Source of the DNA: an uncultured Dehalococcoidia bacterium
GTDB taxonomy: Bacteria; Chloroflexota; Dehalococcoidia; Lucifugimonadales; UBA3495
DNA length: 64,000 nucleotides
Direction of reading: 5' to 3'
Assembly: GCA_950072105.1 (NCBI GenBank)
Contig: CATMOE010000008.1
Span: forward strand, 12,237 to 76,236
In this document: positions 1-7,459 of the stretch, one piece after another
Numbering within the stretch: the first letter of the stretch is position 1
Layout of the letters: every line of letters begins with the position of its first letter
Program-made: the position numbers and the translations under genes
The notes under the pieces: model-generated
The model's input: the letters and a program-made list of their open reading frames with translations, nothing else
The model's database searches: none
Told to the model about the DNA's origin: nothing

Positions 1-1
1 T

Positions 2-586
2 AAGGAACACTGCGGTCTCGAATATAATCTGATCCAGCAGTCGAAAGTTAACGGCCTCTCTGTTGTCGATGGAGAAGGTCTCTTGACCAGGTTCCCGGTA
101 AGGGAAACGGCCAATCTGGACTATCGAGCCCGCGACGCCGTGGCCCTGGTCGCCCGGGTTGAGATAGAAGACCGCCTAGTAGACCTCTACGTGACTCATC
201 TCTACCGGTCTGAGGGGGAAGACTCCCTACGCCTGTATCAGGTGGAACAACTTCTTGATTGGGTAAGCTCTAGGAACGATGTCGACGCCCGTGTGGTCTG
301 TGGTGATTTTAACGCAACCCTGGACATGGCCTCGGCTGCCTTGATGGCGGCCCATTTCAGGCCCACCCAGACCGAGCCCACGGCATTCACCCCATTACAG
401 GAAAAGAACGGGACATCATCCCACCCGAAGTGGGAGCGGTTCGACCGGTGCATCGACTACATCTGGGTTGCCGGTCCCCTTCGGGTGAAGGACAGCGGCG
501 TGTGCTTCAACAAACCCAGCCCCGAGGACTATTCTCTATGGCCGTCCGACCACATGGGCGTTTGGGCGGATCTAGAGTTCGAGTAG
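2..586 (+). CDS. endonuclease/exonuclease/phosphatase (EEP) family protein, 5' end cut by window edge
   Basis: The frame is open from base 2, and the ORF track piece 83..586 only starts at an internal TTG. The C-terminal part has EEP-like motifs (VVCGDFN, WPSDHMGVWADLEF). Confidence 0.65.
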   Translation, partial: KEHCGLEYNLIQQSKVNGLSVVDGEGLLTRFPVRETANLDYRARDAVALVARVEIEDRLVDLYVTHLYRSEGEDSLRLYQVEQLLDWVSSRNDVDARVVCGDFNATLDMASAALMAAHFRPTQTEPTAFTPLQEKNGTSSHPKWERFDRCIDYIWVAGPLRVKDSGVCFNKPSPEDYSLWPSDHMGVWADLEFE

Positions 587-637
587 AATTCGGCGGGAGA
601 CACCGGGGGAACAAACGTCTTCTACACCGGGTGAAAA

Positions 638-1638
638 ATGCCTAAGAGAGCAGCGCTGTTTTATGACTATCCGATCAAGGACGGCGAGGTCTTTGGTCAA
701 GGGCGAAGGCAGACCATCGAGAAGTTGACCGACCTCTATCCAGAGGTCATCAACGCGAAAAACTTTGACGAGCAAGTCTCCAGCCTGGCCGACGTGGAGG
801 TTATCTTCGCTACTTGGGGAATGCCCCGTTTGACGGCCGAACAGCTTGGGAAGATGCCAAAACTTGAAGCGGTCTTCTACGCCGCCGGCAACGTGAGGGC
901 CTTCGCTCAGCCGATAGTCGATCACGGCATCATGCTTGTCGGTGCTTGGGACATGAATGCGATTCCCGTGGCGGAGATGGCCCTGGCGCAGATTCTTCTT
1001 TCTTGCCGCGGGTATTACTGCGCGATACGTGATTATCACGAAACTCATGACCACGGCAAGGCCAAGACGTTCCATCGGCCGGGCGTCAACGGCGAAACGA
1101 TAGGGCTTATCGGGATGGGCATGATCGGGGCGCGGTTGAGCGCCTTGCTCCAAGGCTTTAGCTTTCGGGTCATCGCGAACGACCCGTACCTTAGCGAGGA
1201 GCAAGCGGCGGAGCTTGGTGTGGAGATCGTTTCACTGGAAGAACTCTTTCGGCGGTCCTATATCGTAAGCAACCACATACCGGACCTACCGTCCACCAAA
1301 GAGGTCCTCACCGGGTCTTTGTTCGACAGCATGAGAGAGGGCGCCACCTTCATTAACACCGGCAGGGGCCTCAAGTGTCGGAAGCCGGCTTGATAGAAAC
1401 CCTCAAGAATCGCCCGGACCTCACTGCCCTCCTCGACGTGACCTATCCGGAACCCCCAGACGCTGACTCCGAACTGTGGAAGCTGCCCAACGTTTGGATA
1501 AGCCCCCACATCGGTGGGTCCGTTGGGGACGAGGTGGTTAGGATGGCCGATTGTATGATCGAGGAATTTCAGGCTTGGGAGTCAGGCGAGCCGTTAAGAT
1601 ACAGGATAACGAAAGAAGTGCTTTCGACGATGGGGTAA
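638..1638 (+). pseudogene. D-isomer-specific 2-hydroxyacid dehydrogenase, split by a 1-nt frameshift
   Basis: ORFs 638..1393 and 1375..1638 together make one enzyme: NAD-binding GLIGMGMIGARL and FINTGRG in the first, PNVWISPHIGGS in the second. One extra G in the GGGG run at 1365-1368 would restore ...NTGRGPQVSEAGLIETL.... Confidence 0.8.
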
Positions 1639-1661
1639 GAGACTGGTTGGCGGGGCGCGGA

Positions 1662-2504
1662 CTAGATCAATTTGGCGCACTCGTCGATGATGGGCACCAC
1701 GGTGTCACGCTCGGTCGAGGGCAACCCGAAGATGGCCCGGTCCACCCCTGCGGCCTTTAACCTGGCTATGGCATCTGGTTCCGGACGGGCCCCGAAGGTT
1801 GTGATGTTGATCGAGGCCGGGTCCCGCCCCGCCTCCTCGGCCTGCCTTCGCAGCAAGACTATCTTCTCTTGCAGGCTTGTTCCTTCGCTGGACCGGCCGC
1901 TGATGGGCATCCAGCCGTCACAGAACTCGACGACACGGTCGAAGGTGGTCGCCCCGTCGCCTCCCATCAGTATGGGTGGGTGAGGGCGTTGCACGGGTTT
2001 GGGATAAGCCCACATCTTGTCGAAGTTTACAAACTCACCATGGAATTCCGCCTCTTCCTGAGTCCAGATCTCCTTCATAGCCAGGATCCGTTCCCGGAGC
2101 AACCGCCAGCGGCTGCGGAACCTGGTGCCGTGATTCGCCATCTCCTCCCGGTTCCAGCCACCACCGATACCGAAGATGAAACGTCCGCCTGACAACCGGT
2201 CTACGCTGGCGACTTCTTTCGCCAACATGATTGGGTCCCGCTCGATCACCAGGCAGATTCCGGTCCCTAGCTTCAGATCGGTGGTGACCGCGGCGGCGGC
2301 AGTCAGGGCCACGAAAGGATCATAGGTGTGCCAGTAGTCTTGAGGCAGGTCGCCTCCTCCCGGCCAAGGGCTGCTCCTCTCGGCTGGGATATGGGAGTGT
2401 TCCGGCACCCACATGGACTCGAACCCCCGGTCCTCCAACAAACGGGCCAGGTCGTCGGGCCGGATCGAATAGTCGGTGGAGAACATCATCGCGCCAAAAT
2501 CCAT
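1662..2504 (-). CDS. LLM-class (luciferase-like) F420/flavin-dependent oxidoreductase
   Basis: MDFGAMMFSTDYSIRPDDLARLLEDRGFESMWVPEHSHIP... is typical of the luciferase-like monooxygenase fold. I chose the ATG at 2504 because GGAGG lies 7-11 nt upstream; the longer ORF to 2648 has an Arg/Ser-rich N-terminus that looks non-coding. Confidence 0.8.
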   Translation of the reverse strand: MDFGAMMFSTDYSIRPDDLARLLEDRGFESMWVPEHSHIPAERSSPWPGGGDLPQDYWHTYDPFVALTAAAAVTTDLKLGTGICLVIERDPIMLAKEVASVDRLSGGRFIFGIGGGWNREEMANHGTRFRSRWRLLRERILAMKEIWTQEEAEFHGEFVNFDKMWAYPKPVQRPHPPILMGGDGATTFDRVVEFCDGWMPISGRSSEGTSLQEKIVLLRRQAEEAGRDPASINITTFGARPEPDAIARLKAAGVDRAIFGLPSTERDTVVPIIDECAKLI

Positions 2505-2846
2505 GGAAACCTCCGAAAGTTGTAGTCGGCAGTCGTTCGGCCATTGTAGCATCGCCGACCGCCGCTGACGTCCGCCGGCTTTACTTCGCGCGGCTACCGA
2601 CCCGCCGTGGGGCGAATGGCGAGAGTTGGGCGAGGTCCATTCGGGCATTCGCTTAGGCTGATTTTACCCAAAAGCTGGATTCATCCATTTTAAAGATTCC
2701 GTTGGTGAGATTCCCTAAAACAGATGAACATCGGATAGTTTTCGTCTTTAGAGCGGTAGAATTCGAGTTGACATCGCAAGTTGTCTTTATATGTTGTTAT
2801 AGAACATTAGGTGTGAACTTGGAGGCGCGGAGAGAACCTTTGTTAT

Positions 2847-4253
2847 ATGGCTGACTACGACTATGACATGCTCGTTATCGGCTCCGGCCCGGCGGGCCAG
2901 CGGGCAGCTATTCAGGCGGCCAAGCTGGACAAGCGGGTGGCTATCGTCGAGCGAAACGAGACGGTCGGCGGGGCGGCGGTGAACGTGGGCACCATCCCCA
3001 GCAAGACGCTCCGGGAGGCAGTGCTGTACCTATCAGGGTACCGGGAGCGGGGGCTGTATGGTGATGCCTACGTCGTTAAAAGGGATGTCCGGCTTGCGGA
3101 CCTGCTTGTACGGACCGATTACGTCACTCGTCACGAAGTTGACGTTACCCTGAATCAGATATTGCGAAACCGGGTGGAGCTGCTGGCTGCGGAAGCCTCG
3201 TTTATCGACCCTCATTCACTCCATCTTATCTACAGCGACGGCAGAGGCCATCGTGACGTGACGGCCGACAAGATCGTAATCGCCACCGGTACGTCAGCCA
3301 CCAGACCGGACAATATTCCCATCGACGGAATACAGATTTTCACCAGCGACGACATCTTGGATCTGGACCGTCTCCCTCGTACGCTCACCGTCGTTGGAGC
3401 TGGGGTCATCGGGTGCGAATTCACTAGTATCTTCGCCACCCTGGGAGTCCGGGTCACGTTGATAGATAAATACCCCCGAATGTTGACCTTCGTCGACTCG
3501 GAGATCGTGGAATCGCTGGTGTACCACATGCGGCAAAACCGCGTTATCCTCCGCTTAGGCGAGGAGGTCGAAAGTATCGAGGCGATAGACGACGGAAAAG
3601 GGGATAGGGTACGGATTCACCTGGCCAGCGGTAAGCAGATAGTTAGCGAGAAGGCCCTCTACAGTATCGGCCGTACCGGGTCGACGAACGGCCTTAACTT
3701 GCCTGCCGCGGGACTGGAACCGGATGACAGGGGCCGCATCAGCGTCAACGGCTTCTTTCAAACCGATACGCCGAATATTTACGCCGCCGGTGACGTAGTT
3801 GGCTTTCCCAGTCTGGCTTCTACTTCCATGGAACAGGGCCGGATCGCGGCTTGTCATGCCTTCAGCATTGAGACCAATCTAATGCCGGAACTCTTCCCCT
3901 ACGGTATCTTTACAATACCGGAAATATCCACCGTCGGATTGAACGAAGAGGAGCTGACAAAGCAGGACGTTCCTTACGAGGTTGGCAAGGCCCAGTATCG
4001 GGAGATCGCACGCGGTCAGATTATCGGCGACCGCACTGGATTGCTCAAGTTAATTTTTCATCTTGAAACACACGCGCTCTTGGGCGTGCACATCATTGGC
4101 GAAGGCGCCAGCGAGCTGGTCCATATAGGTCAAGCCGTCCTGGCCTACGGTGGCAAGGTGGACTACTTTTTAGACACGGTTTTTAACTATCCTACCCTTG
4201 CTGAATGTTACAAAACAGCGGCCTTCGACGGGATTAATCGGCTTTCCGTCTGA
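2847..4253 (+). CDS. sthA: soluble pyridine nucleotide transhydrogenase (SthA-like flavoprotein disulfide reductase family)
   Basis: The N-terminus YDYDMLVIGSGPAGQRAAIQAAKLDKRVAIVER..VGG..VNVGTIPSKTLREAV closely matches my memory of E. coli SthA. It lacks the CxxxxC redox disulfide of lipoamide dehydrogenase. Length 468 aa. Confidence 0.8.
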   Translation: MADYDYDMLVIGSGPAGQRAAIQAAKLDKRVAIVERNETVGGAAVNVGTIPSKTLREAVLYLSGYRERGLYGDAYVVKRDVRLADLLVRTDYVTRHEVDVTLNQILRNRVELLAAEASFIDPHSLHLIYSDGRGHRDVTADKIVIATGTSATRPDNIPIDGIQIFTSDDILDLDRLPRTLTVVGAGVIGCEFTSIFATLGVRVTLIDKYPRMLTFVDSEIVESLVYHMRQNRVILRLGEEVESIEAIDDGKGDRVRIHLASGKQIVSEKALYSIGRTGSTNGLNLPAAGLEPDDRGRISVNGFFQTDTPNIYAAGDVVGFPSLASTSMEQGRIAACHAFSIETNLMPELFPYGIFTIPEISTVGLNEEELTKQDVPYEVGKAQYREIARGQIIGDRTGLLKLIFHLETHALLGVHIIGEGASELVHIGQAVLAYGGKVDYFLDTVFNYPTLAECYKTAAFDGINRLSV

Positions 4254-4438
4254 AGGTTTCCCGGGAGCCTTGTTCCGGGGGCGCACTGGACTGCCAGGAC
4301 ACTTCCTCCAGATCCGGCTTTACCCTATTTAGCATCTTCTGGTCGAACCTCTCTTCCACCGTTGCTGACAACGCCGTTTTGCTATCCGAACGTCTATTGG
4401 CCGCGAAGTAGGGAAATGTCGAGGTTCTGATCGGCGGG

Positions 4439-4467
4439 TTGACAACCCGTCGATCGGCCCCTATATT
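4439..4467 (+). promoter_or_regulatory. near-consensus sigma70-type promoter (TTGACA-17 nt-TATATT) for the arsR-like gene
   Basis: TTGACA at 4439-4444, a 17-nt spacer, TATATT at 4462-4467. The best ATG of the ArsR gene is at 4475, only 8 nt after the -10 element. Confidence 0.4.
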
Positions 4468-4474
4468 TAACCAA

Positions 4475-4858
4475 ATGGTTAAGTATTTAAACAATACCCT
4501 TGACGCGACATTCGGCGCGCTTGCCGACCCGACCCGGCGGTCGATCCTAGAGCGCTTGATCGGGGGAGAGTCCTCGGTAACTTCCCTGGCCGAGCCCTTC
4601 GACATGTCTCTTCCCGCCGTGTCGAAACATCTCCGAGTGCTGGAAAAGGCGGGCCTTTTGACTCAAGAGAAGGATGGCCGGGTACGCCGGTGCCGGATGG
4701 ACGCCGGCCCCATGAAGGAGGCCTCCGATTGGGTCGGCCGGTACCGGATTGTTTGGGAAGAGCAACTCGATTCACTGGCCGACTGTATCGAGCAGATGCA
4801 AAGCGAAGAAAAGGAAAAGGAGGACCACCCAGATGACGCAGCGAGAAACGGTATCTGA
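4475..4858 (+). CDS. ArsR/SmtB family transcriptional regulator
   Basis: FGALADPTRRSILERLIGGESSVTSLAEPFDMSLPAVSKHLRVLEKAGLL is the winged-HTH signature. I preferred the ATG at 4475 over the TTG at 4439, which is itself the -35 hexamer. Confidence 0.85.
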   Translation: MVKYLNNTLDATFGALADPTRRSILERLIGGESSVTSLAEPFDMSLPAVSKHLRVLEKAGLLTQEKDGRVRRCRMDAGPMKEASDWVGRYRIVWEEQLDSLADCIEQMQSEEKEKEDHPDDAARNGI

Positions 4859-5330
4859 GACGATTCTGCAGATCAGCAGGACCTTTAACGCTCCAAGAGA
4901 GCTGGTATTTCAAGCCTGGACCCAACCGGAAAGTTTGTCCCGTTGGTGGGCCGCCGGACCCGGCTTCACTACGCCGATCGCCGAAGTAGACCTTAGGGTC
5001 GGAGGCAAATACCGGTTGGGGATGTTAGCTCCCGATCAAGACCAGCCATACGTCGTTGGCGGCGTATACAAGGAAGTGGTGCATCCCGAGAAGTTGGTCT
5101 ATACCTGGAATTGGGAGTCTCACGGACAAGGAGACGACTCTGGGTCCGAGCCGGAACGAGAATCGGCTATGGGCGGTGGGGAAACCCTGGTCACGGTGCT
5201 TTTTCACGACGCCGGCGATAAAACTGAGGTCGTGCTAACCCACGAATTCTTCGCCGACGCTCACATGCGCGATGAGCACAACCAAGGCTGGAACGGTTGT
5301 CTGGAGAATCTGGCCAAATTGGTGGAGTAG
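4833..5330 (+). CDS. SRPBCC/AHSA1 (Aha1-like) domain protein
   Basis: ISRTFNAPRELVFQAWTQPESLSRWW...GGKYRL...HNQGWNGCLENLAKLVE. ATG at 4833 preceded by AAGGAGG. It overlaps the arsR 3' end, which is the usual ArsR-AHSA1 pairing. Confidence 0.8.
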   Translation: MTQRETVSETILQISRTFNAPRELVFQAWTQPESLSRWWAAGPGFTTPIAEVDLRVGGKYRLGMLAPDQDQPYVVGGVYKEVVHPEKLVYTWNWESHGQGDDSGSEPERESAMGGGETLVTVLFHDAGDKTEVVLTHEFFADAHMRDEHNQGWNGCLENLAKLVE

Positions 5331-5393
5331 TTCACCTATTCGTGCGGGAGCCCGGTCCACTGTAACCCGGCCGGGTCCCATTGGAGATGACCA

Positions 5394-5795
5394 ATGGTAA
5401 TTACCAAGACCATCGAACAAACGGTAACCATCAAAGCCAATCCCCATGATGTTTATGAGGCGCTGATGGACTCAGAAAAACACTCCCAATTCACCGGGGC
5501 TCCGGCTGACATCAGCCGGGAGATCGGTGGCTCGTTCACTGCCTACGGCGGCGCCCTTTCCGGTACCACCACTGAGTTAATACCGGATGCCAAGATCGTT
5601 CAGGCTTGGCGCGGGTCGGATGAGGGATGGCCGCCTGACCATTACTCTGAAGCGACCTTCGCTCTTGAGGAAGTTGACGGGGAGACTCGATTGACCTTTG
5701 TCTAAACCGGCGTTCCGGAGGCCAGTTACGAGGACATTTCTCAAGGCTGGCAGACCTACTACTGGACGAAACTGAAGGCCTTTCTGGAGTCCTGA
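5394..5795 (+). pseudogene. second SRPBCC/AHSA1-like gene with an in-frame TAA at 5703-5705
   Basis: ORF 5394..5705 ends ...ETRLTFV-TAA. The next 29 in-frame codons read TGVPEASYEDISQGWQTYYWTKLKAFLES-TGA, which is the expected C-terminal helix of this family. Confidence 0.7.
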
Positions 5796-5839
5796 CTCCG
5801 GAAACTCGCACGCCTTCCCACGCTCTGAAACGGATCAAG

Positions 5840-5875
5840 CCTCCTGCCGCATGCATCCAAGCCGGCGGCAGGAGG
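5840..5875. terminator. hairpin between convergent genes (bidirectional terminator candidate)
   Basis: CCTCCTGCCGC (5840-5850) pairs perfectly with GCGGCAGGAGG (5865-5875) around a 14-nt loop. It lies between the SRPBCC gene (+) and the O-methyltransferase gene (-). Confidence 0.5.
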
Positions 5876-5882
5876 TCATGAT

Positions 5883-6896
5883 TTAACCCCTCGTTTGACT
5901 GGGCTTTCGGGCGGTTACGATGCTGCTTCCGCTGGAAGTCACCACCCGCTCAACATCCACCAATCCCGCCTCGGTCAGCCAATCCCGGTATTCTCCTTCG
6001 GTATAGGACTGACCCCCGTCGTAGATATTCAGGAAGTTCAGGCTGGATGCCACGGCCTCTGGGGGTGAAAGCCGCGATTCGTCTAGAACCGCGCCCAGGA
6101 TGTAAACCGTGCCGCCCGGTTCGGTAACTCGATGGATATTCGCCAACGCCCGGCGAGCCTGGTCAGGGTTAAGGACTTGAATGAAGCTCTTCATGATGAC
6201 GGCGTCATAAGAGCCGTCCAAGGTCCCCTCTACGAGATCGGCGGTCACCACTTGGACCCGCTCTGAGAAACCGGCCTCCCTGACGGAGCGTTTTGTGATC
6301 GGCGTCATCGCCGGAAGGTCCGCTATCGTTGCCCGGATATGTGGTTGAGCCTCCACCTCGGCGAAGGACATGCCGCCGGTGCCGCCGCCAACGTCCATCA
6401 AGTTGCGATGGTTAGAAAATTCGAACCTGGCCACCAGGTCCCGCCCCGCGTTAAGCGTTTCTTGATGCATGCCCATGGCAAATACTTCAAGTTCATCTTC
6501 GCCGATGTCGGAGAAGTCGAGCTTGGCTTGAGCTTCGCCCTCCAATATCGACTCGGCCGTGTGGAGGATCGACTTCCAACGGCGAGCCATGTTGGCGTGG
6601 CGATGCCCAATGTAATCAGGCTTTCCTGTGACCAGGAAATGGGCCGATTCGGCTGTGTTGGCGAACCAGTCTCCATCCACTGTTAGGAGGTTTGCTGATA
6701 CCAGGGCGTAGAGCAGCGGCTTCAGTTTGGCCGAGTCGACTTCGATAGCCTGGGCGATCTCTTCTGCGGTCATCGGTCCGCGTTCCAGAGGAGTAAACAG
6801 GTCAAGCTGCATCCCCGCCAGCATGGCCAGGGCGGGATAAGCGCCGTCGGCGATGCGGTTAATGGTCTCCGGGCCGGCATTCATGGTGGTGGACAT
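5883..6896 (-). CDS. class I SAM-dependent O-methyltransferase (family 2, with N-terminal dimerisation/winged-helix domain)
   Basis: DVGGGTGG SAM motif I, an N-terminal plant/bacterial OMT-like dimerisation region, and AAGGAGA before the ATG at 6896. Confidence 0.8.
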   Translation of the reverse strand: MSTTMNAGPETINRIADGAYPALAMLAGMQLDLFTPLERGPMTAEEIAQAIEVDSAKLKPLLYALVSANLLTVDGDWFANTAESAHFLVTGKPDYIGHRHANMARRWKSILHTAESILEGEAQAKLDFSDIGEDELEVFAMGMHQETLNAGRDLVARFEFSNHRNLMDVGGGTGGMSFAEVEAQPHIRATIADLPAMTPITKRSVREAGFSERVQVVTADLVEGTLDGSYDAVIMKSFIQVLNPDQARRALANIHRVTEPGGTVYILGAVLDESRLSPPEAVASSLNFLNIYDGGQSYTEGEYRDWLTEAGLVDVERVVTSSGSSIVTARKPSQTRG

Positions 6897-6955
6897 AGTT
6901 ATCTCCTTAATTTCTCGTTTATCGCGAAGAGACCGGTTGGCGCCGAGCCCGAGTT

Positions 6956-7210
6956 CTAGTCACAGCAACTAGGGGGGAAGTAGTAGTCTGGGATGTCTTC
7001 TAAGTTCGTATAGTTATCTGCTGGGCCAAAAACCCGTTCGACGAAACGCGAGATGAGCGTTGCAACCGCGAAGAAAAGCCCGTCGGCCAATATGGGGATC
7101 TCAATGGAGTCGACGGCTGCTACTACTTCGTCAGCATCTTGTTGGCTGGTGACCCTTAGATCCTCGATTGCCGGGATTCCAAAAATATTGTTGACTGTTA
7201 GTGTTGTCAT
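6956..7210 (-). CDS. hypothetical acidic 84-aa protein ending ...DYYFPPSCCD
   Basis: GGGGAGA lies 7 nt before the ATG at 7210. The gene sits 59 nt upstream of, and on the same strand as, the O-methyltransferase. I recognise no family. Confidence 0.5.
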   Translation of the reverse strand: MTTLTVNNIFGIPAIEDLRVTSQQDADEVVAAVDSIEIPILADGLFFAVATLISRFVERVFGPADNYTNLEDIPDYYFPPSCCD

Positions 7211-7459
7211 TTTCTCGTCTCCCCGTTTTGTTTAACTTGCTTGTTCAGCATGTTAGACAGGGAGGCGAAGGACGACATCGTAAGGAGTTCCCAACTTCAA
7301 AATTCGGAAGAAGCAGGGTTTGGGGAGTCGCATGGGAACAACTGACAAGCCGTCAAGAAAGACCGGAGAGGCGGCATGGGAACAATGTCCCATATCACTC
7401 GGGATTGGGGAGGCTGGGACCGCTGAGACGATGGACGCTGACGGGACTGGGGCGGGTAT

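Noticed and set aside
572-1204. 210-aa antisense ORF over the 2-hydroxyacid dehydrogenase
   Set aside because: It is a shadow ORF. The opposite-strand frame carries clear dehydrogenase motifs.
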